From Thermoanaerobaculia bacterium (GTDB lineage: Bacteria; Acidobacteriota; Thermoanaerobaculia; Multivoradales; UBA5704), in the NCBI GenBank assembly GCA_046714475.1, contig JBKKAU010000146.1:1-42025 (forward strand): DNA of 42,025 bases, in the 5' to 3' direction. A program made the translations under genes and the position numbers. Below are positions 1 through 8,553 of this stretch, one piece after another. Positions within the stretch are counted from its first letter, which is position 1. Each line of letters begins with the position of its first letter. The notes below the pieces were generated by a model that was not told where the DNA came from, did not search any database, and saw nothing but the letters and a program-made list of their open reading frames with translations.

Positions 1-819
1 AAGCCGCAGGTCGGCGTCGCCTCCTCTTGGAACGAGGTGACGCCGTGCAACCTGCCGCTGGCTCGCCTGGCGCAGCAGGCCAAGCAGGGGGTACGCGACG
101 CGGGCGGGATACCTCTGGAGTTCACCACGATCGCGGTCAGCGACGGGATCTCGATGGGCCACGAAGGTATGCGAGCTTCGCTGGTCAGTCGCGAGGTGAT
201 TGCCGACTCAGTCGAGTTGGTCATGCACGCCGAGCGGTTCGACGGGATGGTGCTCCTCGCCGGGTGTGACAAGAGTCTGCCCGGGATGCTGATGGCCGCG
301 GCGCGGCTTGACCTCTCCGCGGTGTTCCTCTACGGAGGATCGATCTTGCCGGGCCACTTGGCCGACGGGAGTGCGGTCACCATCCAGGACGTGTTCGAGG
401 GTGTCGGCGCGTGCGCTCGTGGGCTGATCAGCCGCGAGCGGCTGGACGAGATCGAGCGGGCGGCCTGCCCCAGCGAAGGGTCGTGCGGCGGCATGTTCAC
501 GGCCAACACCATGGCCGCCGCGGCCGAAGCGCTCGGCATGGCGCTGCCCGGCTCGACGTCGGCGCCGGCGCCGGCTCAGCGTCGCGCCCCGGTCCCGCGC
601 GCCCGCGGCGCCGCCGGGGTGGGGGGCCGGCGCAACCACGGACGGCGGATCAGCGCCCTCTTCGACCTCAAGCTCGGCCCGTTCCGCATGGTCGCCAAGG
701 GCCTGAAGCTCTGGGCCTTCGCCGAGATCGACGGACTCCGTCTCGCGGCCGGCCGCCTGTTCGCCCGCCGCCCCGCGCCCGCGATCCTGCCCCGCAAGAT
801 GCCCGTCGAAGACGTGTAG
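1..819 (+). pseudogene. ilvD: Dihydroxy-acid dehydratase fragment (open at 5' edge), truncated at ~575-620 and joined in frame to an unrelated C-terminal tail
   Basis: Frame 1 from base 1 reads [17 protein letters not shown]...[26 protein letters not shown]...GCDKSLPG...[10 protein letters not shown], which are IlvD hallmarks. Similarity ends after PGSTSAPAP, although IlvD is normally ~560 aa. Confidence 0.85.
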
Positions 820-828
820 GAGAGGCTC

Positions 829-1198
829 CTTTGTGCGGAGCGGCTCTATATTTGTGCGGGGAGCGAGCTGGTTCGCACAATGCGTCAGAACAGTTGTGCG
901 GGAAAGAGGTTCATTAGCCTGGGAAAGAAGACCGTCTGTGCGGGGGAAGAGCCGGTACCGCACAACGGACATGTTGTTTGTGCGAACTTCTTTCCAGGTC
1001 GCACAAAATGACTCTCCGGTAAGCCTCCCGAGACGCTCGTTCGCACATCCGAGCGCCTCTTTGTGCGAGCTTAATCGATAGTTCGCACAGCTGGAAGGTT
1101 GGGGACGCTTACGCTGCGGTTCGTTGTGCGGGGGCATGGGACGGGACGCACAAACCAGGAGTCAGTTGTGCGTCCCTGCCTTTCTCTTTGTGCGAACA
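829..1198. repeat. Intergenic array of TGTGCG/CGCACA cores with ~21-bp period
   Basis: Cores start at 832, 853, 874r, 895, 937, 959r, 979, 1000r, 1042r, 1062, 1084r, 1125, 1147r, 1167 and 1189 (r = reverse orientation). Confidence 0.85.
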
Positions 1199-1258
1199 TC
1201 CTCTCGTCCCTGGTATCCCGGCTCCTCCCCTTACCCTGGGATGCTATCGTGCCTGCTC

Positions 1259-2278
1259 ATGTCCCTGCTCCAGACCTCTCTCACGCGGCAACTCGGCATC
1301 GAAGTGCCGCTGATCTGCGGCGCCATGTACCCCTGCAGCAATCCCGAGCTGGTGGCGGCGGCATCCGAGGCGGGCGCGATCGGGGTTCTCCAGCCTCTCT
1401 CCCTGGTCTACGTTCACCGCCACCCTTTCCGTGAGGGGCTGCGGCTGATCCGGAGCCTCACCGCGAAGCCGGTGGGCATGAACGTCATCGTCGAGAAGTC
1501 CTCGAAGACCTACCAGGACCGGATGCGGGAGTACATGGACGTGGCGCTGGAGGAGGGGGTCCGCTTCTTCGTCACCTCGCTCGGCAACCCGCGCTGGGTG
1601 GTGGAGCGGGCGCATGCCGCGGGGGGCCGGGTCTACCACGACGTGACCGACCGCCGCTGGGCTGAGAAGGGGCTGGAGGCGGGGGTGGACGGTCTGATCG
1701 CGGTCAACGACCGCGCGGGCGGCCAGAGCGCCGAGGCGCTCTGGGAGGAGCTCTCCGGCCTCGGCGTGCCGGTGGTCTGCGCCGGCGGCGTCGGCGATGA
1801 GCCGGCATTCGTGCGCGCCCTGGGCCTGGGGTATGCCGGCGCGCAGATGGGCACCCGCTTCATCGCCACGACCGAGTGCAACGCCCACCCCGATTACAAG
1901 CAGGCGATCCTGGAGGCGGAAGAGAAGGACATCGTCCTGACCGAGCGCCTGACCGGCGTGCCGGTGGCGGTGATCCGGACACCGTACGTCGAGCGGGCCG
2001 GCACCAAGGCCGGCCCCATCGGCCGCCGGATGCTGCGCGGCCGGCGCACCAAGCACTGGATGCGCACGGTCTACGCGCTGCAGTCGCTGTGGAAGCTCAA
2101 GCGCTCGTCGGTGCGCTCCTTCTCCTACAAGGACTACCTCCAGGCCGGCAAGAGCGTCGCCGGCATCCACGCCGTCGAGCCGGTGGCGGAGATCGTCCGC
2201 CGCTTCGCCCGCGCCGCCGCCGAAGCGGACGGGTCGGAGCGGGCGCCCCTGGCCCTTGGGCCAGGGGCGTTCGTTTGA
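1259..2278 (+). CDS. Nitronate monooxygenase / FabK-like FMN oxidoreductase
   Basis: LTRQLGIEVPLICGAM start, VVCAGGVGD and AQMGTRFIATTEC motifs, and QAGKSVAGI...V.EIV at the C-terminus. Start placed at ATG 1259. Confidence 0.88.
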   Translation: MSLLQTSLTRQLGIEVPLICGAMYPCSNPELVAAASEAGAIGVLQPLSLVYVHRHPFREGLRLIRSLTAKPVGMNVIVEKSSKTYQDRMREYMDVALEEGVRFFVTSLGNPRWVVERAHAAGGRVYHDVTDRRWAEKGLEAGVDGLIAVNDRAGGQSAEALWEELSGLGVPVVCAGGVGDEPAFVRALGLGYAGAQMGTRFIATTECNAHPDYKQAILEAEEKDIVLTERLTGVPVAVIRTPYVERAGTKAGPIGRRMLRGRRTKHWMRTVYALQSLWKLKRSSVRSFSYKDYLQAGKSVAGIHAVEPVAEIVRRFARAAAEADGSERAPLALGPGAFV

Positions 2279-2295
2279 AGAGTGAAGAGAGCGTC

Positions 2296-2649
2296 TCAGC
2301 GGGCAGCCATCGCCCCCGCCATTTCGTTGCAGGAGGCGGCGCAGCGGCGGCAGACTTCGGCGCAGAAGAGCATCCGCTCGTCGTCTCCCAGGCGCTCACA
2401 GCTTTCCGAGCAACGTTCGCAGACCTGGGCGCAGGCGCGGCAGGTCTCCATGTGGAGGTCCGAGCCGCGGATCAAGAAGTTGGCGCTGGTTTCACAGATC
2501 TCGGCGCAGTCGAGCAGCAGCCGGATGTGACCCGCCTCGCCGTGCCGGCCGCCCTTTTGCAGGCAGTGGTTCACCATCTGCAGACAGACCTCGTGACACT
2601 CCTGGCATAGATCGGTACAGCGCTCCAGATCCTGATTGGCGTGGTGCAT
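2296..2649 (-). CDS. Four-helix-bundle copper-storage protein (Csp3/DUF326-like)
   Basis: 117 aa with repeated CxxxC/CxxC motifs (CQECHEVC, LLLDCAEIC, CRACAQVCERCSESC, CAEVCRRCAASC) and no signal peptide. Confidence 0.9.
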   Translation of the reverse strand: MHHANQDLERCTDLCQECHEVCLQMVNHCLQKGGRHGEAGHIRLLLDCAEICETSANFLIRGSDLHMETCRACAQVCERCSESCERLGDDERMLFCAEVCRRCAASCNEMAGAMAAR

Positions 2650-2909
2650 GCGTCCTCCTTCCAGTCACGGGTGAGCTGTCGACACCGGCTCCCCCGCGGA
2701 AGGCTTCGTCTGGAAGGGGGTTCAATGCGGAGAAGCCAGGGCCTTCTGCGATCAGGGAGGGGAGGTTGCAAGCACCGGGCCAATCGGGCTCTGGACCGTA
2801 TCACTTCCCCGCGGGGTGCGGGCCGGTCCGGGGGAGGGACGGCGACAGGTTCAAAAAGGGCGGGCCGGGGTACGGCCCGCCTCCGAATCGACAAACTTCA
2901 AAGAAGCTG

Positions 2910-2962
2910 TGAGGGGCTCTCGCCCCACTCCCTGGAACGGAGCGGGGCGGGCGTTCCCCTCA
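2910..2962. terminator. Long GC hairpin just downstream of the hydrolase gene
   Basis: TGAGGGG...CGCCCCACTCC / GGAGCGGGGCG...CCCCTCA arms. Confidence 0.5.
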
Positions 2963-2977
2963 CCTGTCGCTGAAAAA

Positions 2978-4174
2978 CTACCGCTGGCGGTTCAGCCAGC
3001 GCAGGATGTCGGCCTCCAGGAACGACCGGTGCTCGGCCGAGAACCAGTGGTCGGCGTGGCCGAACTCCGCGATGTGGTTGAAGGTGACGTCGGTCGAGCC
3101 GAGGACGTTGGCCAGGTCGAGGTCGTACGGGGCAAAGCCGAGCCCGCCGCCCAGGAAGTAGACCGGCGCGGTGAAGGCCCCGAGGTTGTCGGTGAAGGTG
3201 CGCTCGCCGGCCAGCGAGCAGGAGATGTCGCGCAGGGTCAGATTGTCCACGTAGTCGTGGAACTCCAGGCTGTGGGTGATGGTCCGCTCGTCCGTGCAGT
3301 AGAAGAACCGGTCCTCGGCGACGCTGCCGGCGCAGCGCACGAAACCGGGGGACGGCGAGAGCGGGCCCGGCGTGTAGACCCCCAGCAGCACGATCAGCGC
3401 CTGGTGGTTGGTGAGTCCCGCGAACGGCGGCAGCGGCGACGGCGCGTCCGGGGCCGTGGCGGCGAGCTGAGCAATCAGCTTGATGAACGGCAGGCTCTGG
3501 CCGTCGTAGATCTGGCCGGCCGCGAGGGCGGCCTCCGTGGCGTCGCAATAGCCCTGGTTGATGGCGCGGATGGCCGGGTCCTCGGTATAGAGGGCGCCCT
3601 CCAGGATCAGGGCCCCCGCGTAGTCGCCGGGGTGGGCGTCGATCGTCGCGATGGTCGTCATGCCGCCGAGCGAGAAGCCGCCGACGTAGGGATCGACGCC
3701 GGGGTGCGCGGCCTCGATCCGCGAGCGGATGAAGGCGACGTCGTCGACCACCGCCTGGAGACCCCAATCCGCCATCGCCGAGCAGTCGACCGCGCCGGAC
3801 TCGCACTGGCCGGCGACGAGCTCGGAGCCGCGCGGCGAGTAGCCCCAGACCTCCCAACCCTTGAGCGCGAAGAAGGCGGCGAACGAGCGCTCGTAGACGC
3901 CGTGCTCGTCGAGCTCGAAGAAGCGGAACGTGTTGCCGAGCGGCGGCAGCAGCAGGAGGATGCCCTTGGGCTCGGCGCCGTGCGCCTTGGCCAGCCGGTG
4001 CATGCCGAACTGGTTGAGCGGGTCGCTCCCGACCTGGACCGTAACGTCGGTCCGCGCCAGGTTGCCGGAGACCTGGGTGGTCTGGGTGTCGATCACCTGG
4101 TAAGTCTGCGCGGCGGCGGGCAGGGCGGCGAGGGTCAGGATCAGGGCTGTGGCGCAGGCGAGGCGGTATTTCAT
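2978..4174 (-). CDS. Secreted alpha/beta hydrolase
   Basis: Signal peptide MKYRLACATALILTLAALPAAA, nucleophile elbow GFSLGG, C-terminal GHAD His, and AGGAGG-like RBS. Confidence 0.85.
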   Translation of the reverse strand: MKYRLACATALILTLAALPAAAQTYQVIDTQTTQVSGNLARTDVTVQVGSDPLNQFGMHRLAKAHGAEPKGILLLLPPLGNTFRFFELDEHGVYERSFAAFFALKGWEVWGYSPRGSELVAGQCESGAVDCSAMADWGLQAVVDDVAFIRSRIEAAHPGVDPYVGGFSLGGMTTIATIDAHPGDYAGALILEGALYTEDPAIRAINQGYCDATEAALAAGQIYDGQSLPFIKLIAQLAATAPDAPSPLPPFAGLTNHQALIVLLGVYTPGPLSPSPGFVRCAGSVAEDRFFYCTDERTITHSLEFHDYVDNLTLRDISCSLAGERTFTDNLGAFTAPVYFLGGGLGFAPYDLDLANVLGSTDVTFNHIAEFGHADHWFSAEHRSFLEADILRWLNRQR

Positions 4175-4427
4175 CAGGACCTCCTTGGAAGGGACACATC
4201 AAGGCGAGCCGCCGCCGGGCGTGAAACATTTCGCGCCTCCGGGACGCCAAAGAAGACGGTGTTAGTTGAGCCGGCGGGTCGTCCTGCGAATGCTCTTGCC
4301 AGAGAAGGTGCGCCTAGGAGGAGAGAGCGGGACGGCAGGACCCCCCCCTCCCGCCGGGAGGCGTTTCTTTGTTAGCCTGTGGGCTATTGGGCGGCGGGTT
4401 CGACCGCGGCCGTTATCGAGGAGAGCC

Positions 4428-4883
4428 ATGGCGAACGACGGGTTCCGCGTGCAGCAGATCGATCACGTCGAGCTGTACGTCCCCGACCGCTACGAGGCGG
4501 CCCGGTGGTACGAGCAGGTTCTGGGCTTCGAGATCCTGAGGCAGTACGAGGATTGGGCGGCGCACCCGCGGGGGCCGCTGATGCTCTCGTCGAATGGCGG
4601 CGGCACGATGCTGGCGCTCTTCCAGGGCGAGCCGCCCGGCGCCAGCATGGAGATCGGCAGCGTCCGGGTGGCCTTCCGCGTCGACGGGCCGGGGTTCCTC
4701 CGGTTCCTGGAACGTCTGGAGGGGGATGAGGTCCCCGCCTACAACCAGCAGGGCGAAAGGTCCGCGCCGCAGGTCCACGACCACCAGAAGGCGTTCTCCG
4801 CCTATTTCTGCGACCCCTGGGGGAACCGGTTCGAGGTGACGACGTACGACCATGGGTACGTCGCGGAGCGGCGCGGCTCCTGA
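4428..4883 (+). CDS. VOC/glyoxalase family protein
   Basis: IDHVELYVPD..EAARWYEQVLGF, RVAFRVD and YFCDPWGNRFEV motifs; GAGGAG RBS before ATG 4428. Confidence 0.9.
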   Translation: MANDGFRVQQIDHVELYVPDRYEAARWYEQVLGFEILRQYEDWAAHPRGPLMLSSNGGGTMLALFQGEPPGASMEIGSVRVAFRVDGPGFLRFLERLEGDEVPAYNQQGERSAPQVHDHQKAFSAYFCDPWGNRFEVTTYDHGYVAERRGS

Positions 4884-4941
4884 CCCAGGCCGGTGGAACA
4901 AGCGGGGCCCTCCCCGTGTTCCCCACCGCAAGGAGTCCGGT

Positions 4942-7101
4942 ATGACCGCAGCTCGCTCTTTCTCTGTCCTCAGTCTGTTCGTCTTCCTGGCCGTCTCCCC
5001 TGCGGCAGCCCAGAACCTCGTCCGCGTCGCGCCAGGGGGCGACCTGCAGAAGGCCATCGGGCAGGTGAAGGACGGCGGGGTGATCGAGATGGCCGGCGGG
5101 GTCTATGCGTCGCCGCCGAAGGGCTGGGACCTCTCCAACAAGGGCAAGGCGTTCACGATCCGGGCGGCGGGGGGGACCGAGGTGGTGCTGGACGGCGGCC
5201 GCAGCCGCCGCATCCTGCGCATCAAGAACGGCTCGCGCGCCCGCGGCAAGCTCATCACTTTCGAGCGGATCGTCTTCCGCAACGGCTTCTCCAGCACGGC
5301 CGGCGACGCCGGCGGCGTCTCGATGGTCCAGGCCGAGGCGATGTTCCGCAACTGCCGCTTCGAGGACAACGCCGCTTCGGTCACCGATTACGGCGCGGTG
5401 CGCGTCCTGAACAACTCGGCCGCCACCTTCTTCCGGTGCCAGTTCCGCGGCAACCATTCGCGCAACCGCGGCGGCGCCCTGGCCGTCGAGCTCTCGACGG
5501 CCACCGTGCAGGGCTCGTCCTTTGTCGACAATAGGGTGAATCTCCCCGGGCACCATCCGGGCTCGGCCGGCGGCGCGATCTACGTCTTTGACTCCGTACT
5601 GAACGTCCTCAACAGCAACTTCGAAGGCAACCAGGCGGGCTGGGTCGGCGGCGCGGTCTACGCGATCGGCACCTGGGCGGCCCCGGTCACGATGCCGCGG
5701 GCCAACGTCGCCATCCGCAGCTCGACGTTCATCGACAACCGGGCCGACGCCGATACCTGCTGTCCCGCCCTGGGGGCGACCACGGGCGGCGCCGTCCACG
5801 CCGAGGACCAGACGACGCTCGCCATCCACCGGTCACGTTTCCTCGAGAACGAGGCGCAGCATGGCGGCGCGGTGAGCAACTACCGGGCGGTCGTCGAGAT
5901 CCTCGGCTCGGTCTTCCAGGGCAACCGCGCGACGCTCACGGCGGAGACCGGGGCCGGCGGCGCCGTCAACGTCGTCTCCAATGACGCCGCCGACGCTTCC
6001 ACCGGCAACGGCGCGATCAACCGCCGGCCCGCTCGGCTCGCGGTGGCGGATACGTTTTTCCAGGGGCGGTTCGGAAGGACCGGGACGGCGGCGCACGCCG
6101 GCGGCTGCCTGCTGGCGGGCGGGGATGCGAGCCGGCTGTTCGGGGACGGGGTCCCCCAGTCCGGGAGCGCCGCCGACAACCGCGCCGTCGTGACGCTGCA
6201 ACGCACGGTCTTCTTCGACTGCGACGTAGAGCGCAGTCCCCAGAGGCAGGGCGGGTTCGGCGGCGCGATCCAGGCGGACCTCGCGGCGCTCACCCTGGAG
6301 GACTCCATGGTCCTCCGCTCCGACGCGTTCGGCGATCCGAGCGGCGGTGGCGGGCTCGCCGTCAGCCGCGAGTCCGACGTCCGGATCTCTCGCACCACCT
6401 TTGCCTACAACACGGCGTTTGAGCGCGGCGGCGCGGTCGACCTCGGCGGCTCGACGGCGCAGATCACCGGCTCCCGGTTCTTTGGCAACGAGGTGAGCCC
6501 TGGCGTCTTCGAGACGATCAACCAGTCGCTCGGCGCCGCGATCTATGCCATCCCGTTCCTCTCCACCCAGGACCGGTCGCGGGCCCGGCCCGTCGGCGGC
6601 GTGGTGTCGGGCTCCCTGTTCGTCGACAACGCCGGCCTGCCGCTGTTCGACGTCGAGCCCGAGGCCGGGCCGGTCAACGACGTGCGCTACGACGGCAACG
6701 AGATCCACTCCACCCAGTTCGGCGACCGGGTCTACGTCAACTCGCTCGCCGACCCCGGCCGCTCCGGCAGCAGCGTCGAGCAGCTCAACATCCTGGTGGT
6801 GAGCCGCGGCAGCCGCGGCACGTTCCGCAAGAGCCTGGTCGCCAACCGTCGCCTGAGCGCCGCGCCCTCCACCGGCAGCCTCGTCGCGGCGCCGGCGATC
6901 CTGCCGGCCGGCTCCACCACGGCCTCCTCCAATGCCTTCCTCGCCTATGCGTGGAGCGGCGGCTCGGCGACCCTCGAAGGGCGGCCTCTTACCGCGAAGA
7001 GCGGGGTCCTCGAGGTGGCGGAGCCTGGGACCTACCGTCTGGTGGTCGACGGCGCCGTCGTCTCCACGGCCACAGTCTCCCGAGTCGCCTGGCGCCAGTA
7101 G
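4942..7101 (+). CDS. Secreted right-handed beta-helix protein with Pmp-like GGA(I/V/L) and FxxN repeats
   Basis: AAGGAG RBS, signal peptide, and many FxxN...GGA(I/V/L) units (FEDN, FRGN, FVDN, FEGN, FIDN, FLEN, FQGN, FAYN, FFGN). Confidence 0.85.
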   Translation: MTAARSFSVLSLFVFLAVSPAAAQNLVRVAPGGDLQKAIGQVKDGGVIEMAGGVYASPPKGWDLSNKGKAFTIRAAGGTEVVLDGGRSRRILRIKNGSRARGKLITFERIVFRNGFSSTAGDAGGVSMVQAEAMFRNCRFEDNAASVTDYGAVRVLNNSAATFFRCQFRGNHSRNRGGALAVELSTATVQGSSFVDNRVNLPGHHPGSAGGAIYVFDSVLNVLNSNFEGNQAGWVGGAVYAIGTWAAPVTMPRANVAIRSSTFIDNRADADTCCPALGATTGGAVHAEDQTTLAIHRSRFLENEAQHGGAVSNYRAVVEILGSVFQGNRATLTAETGAGGAVNVVSNDAADASTGNGAINRRPARLAVADTFFQGRFGRTGTAAHAGGCLLAGGDASRLFGDGVPQSGSAADNRAVVTLQRTVFFDCDVERSPQRQGGFGGAIQADLAALTLEDSMVLRSDAFGDPSGGGGLAVSRESDVRISRTTFAYNTAFERGGAVDLGGSTAQITGSRFFGNEVSPGVFETINQSLGAAIYAIPFLSTQDRSRARPVGGVVSGSLFVDNAGLPLFDVEPEAGPVNDVRYDGNEIHSTQFGDRVYVNSLADPGRSGSSVEQLNILVVSRGSRGTFRKSLVANRRLSAAPSTGSLVAAPAILPAGSTTASSNAFLAYAWSGGSATLEGRPLTAKSGVLEVAEPGTYRLVVDGAVVSTATVSRVAWRQ

Positions 7102-7102
7102 C

Positions 7103-7127
7103 GTAGGGGCGCCATTCTGGGCGCCCT
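7103..7127 (+). repeat. GTAG-type REP-like palindrome
   Basis: GTAG GGGCGCC ATTCTG GGCGCCC T immediately after a stop codon. Confidence 0.6.
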
Positions 7128-7187
7128 CTTCTCCGCGTTAACCGTCCCCCGCTGACCTCGGGCTTCCGGGTGGCGTATGCTTCGGGG

Positions 7188-7418
7188 ATGCTCAAGCTGA
7201 TCCTGCATGACGTCACCCCGGAAGTGGTGGAGGAGCTGCGCCGCCGGGCCGAGCCCCGTGGGCGCACGGTGGAAGCCGAGGCGCGGTCGATTCTGGAGGA
7301 GGCCCTCGGCCTCTCCAGGATCCATGCCCAGGAGGCGGCCCGTCAGCTTCGGGACCGCCTCGCCGGGCGCATTTCCAGTGACAGCGTCGACCTGATCCGG
7401 TCCGGACGGAGGTGGTAG
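7188..7418 (+). CDS. FitA-like ribbon-helix-helix antitoxin
   Basis: LHDVTPEVVEELRRRAE..GRTVEAEARSILEEAL and C-terminal DSVDLIR; directly upstream of a PIN gene. Confidence 0.8.
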   Translation: MLKLILHDVTPEVVEELRRRAEPRGRTVEAEARSILEEALGLSRIHAQEAARQLRDRLAGRISSDSVDLIRSGRRW

Positions 7419-7841
7419 ATGCGCCAGTTCGTCGTCGACGCGAGCGTAGCGGCGAAGTGGTATCTGCCGGAGCCGCATTCGGACCGCGCCGCCGCCCTGC
7501 TCGCCGATCCCGGCGCGTTGCTCGCCCCGGACGTTATCTATCTCGAAGTGGCCGAGGTCGTCTGGCAGCGGGTGGTCTGGGGTGAGATCGACCCACCCAC
7601 GGCCGATGAGATCCTGGCGGAGCTGCGCAAGGTCCCCTTCGAGCTGCGCAGCACGACCGAGCTGATCGCGGATGCCCTGCCGCTGGCCTTGAAGAACCGC
7701 TGCACGTTGAGGGACGCCCTGTACCTGGCCCTGGCGGTCCAGGCCAACTGTCCCCTGGTGACGGCGGACCGCAAGCTCCACGACACCTTGAAGGCCGGGC
7801 CGCTCGCCACCCACGTGCTCTGGATCGAGGAGCTGGCTTGA
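7419..7841 (+). CDS. vapC: VapC/FitB PIN-domain toxin
   Basis: VVDASVAAKW, LEVAEV, DALYLALA and LVTAD acidic motifs. Confidence 0.9.
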   Translation: MRQFVVDASVAAKWYLPEPHSDRAAALLADPGALLAPDVIYLEVAEVVWQRVVWGEIDPPTADEILAELRKVPFELRSTTELIADALPLALKNRCTLRDALYLALAVQANCPLVTADRKLHDTLKAGPLATHVLWIEELA

Positions 7842-8260
7842 GGCCGCTCCTCCTGGCGGTCGCCCTGATAAGCCTGGTGAGCGCCGCGCCCGAGCCCCGG
7901 CCCCGCATCCGCGACCTCGGTGTCCGGCCGGGGATCTTCTCCCCCGGGCCGCTCAATGCCATCCTGCCGCACGGCGGCAACCTGTTCCAGCAGAAGGTCC
8001 AGGCCGGCGACTTCGCGATCGCCTTCTCGACCCGCAACCCCATTCCGTTCGAGCCGAAGGAGCGCCTCCGGACCGTCGAGGAGCTTCACAACGACGCCAT
8101 GAGCCCGCTGTTCCTCGCGGCGGTGGAGGCCGTGGAGGAGGCGGTCTACAACTCGCTCACCCGGGCCACCGACGTCACCGGCCACCAGGGCCACAAAGGC
8201 GAGGCGATCTCGATTCCAGAGCTGCGGAGGGTGCTGGGGGAGAGGAGCGTCGTAGGTGAA
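7838..8260 (+). pseudogene. DmpA / P1 (S58) aminopeptidase relic with two large in-frame internal deletions
   Basis: Signal peptide, then RPRIRDLGVRPG..PGPLNAI|LPHGGNLFQQKVQAG|DFAIAFST...LFLAAVEAVEEAVYNSL. These are N- and C-terminal DmpA blocks joined with the middle missing. Confidence 0.8.
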
Positions 8261-8261
8261 C

Positions 8262-8465
8262 TTACTTTCCGCCGCTCACGTAGAGGTCGAGGTTGGCGGC
8301 GAAGTCCTCCGGACCTTCAATCTGCACCTGCTTCAGGCGGGACATCAAGGTCGGCTTTGCCTGTTCCGTATGCTGAGTGAAGTCCCGGATCAGTCGATAC
8401 AACTCACCCAGGTGCTCGTCATCGACCTTCTCGATTTCTGCTTGGATCAGCTCTTTGGTCGTCAT
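8262..8465 (-). CDS. Small orphan antitoxin-like protein
   Basis: MTTKELIQAEIEKV...IEGPEDFAANLDLY, a pattern recalled from PIN-associated antitoxins. TACACT and GAGGGG upstream; no toxin follows. Confidence 0.6.
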   Translation of the reverse strand: MTTKELIQAEIEKVDDEHLGELYRLIRDFTQHTEQAKPTLMSRLKQVQIEGPEDFAANLDLYVSGGK

Positions 8466-8514
8466 GCCACTTCCCCTCGGAAAGTGTAGCACCTGGAGTC
8501 CTTGCCCCTGAGCA

Positions 8515-8546
8515 GCCAGCCGGGCCCCCGCGAGAGCCCGGCTGGC
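8515..8546. terminator. Hairpin after the membrane-protein gene
   Basis: Perfect 11-bp stem GCCAGCCGGGC / GCCCGGCTGGC. Confidence 0.55.
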
Positions 8547-8553
8547 GTAGGGG

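Noticed and set aside
829-1198. CRISPR array
   Set aside because: The conserved core is only 6-10 bp, occurs in both orientations with ~15-bp gaps, and no cas genes are present.
4300-4375. Riboswitch or sRNA upstream of the VOC gene
   Set aside because: Only a short hairpin plus a T-run is visible, with no recognisable aptamer.
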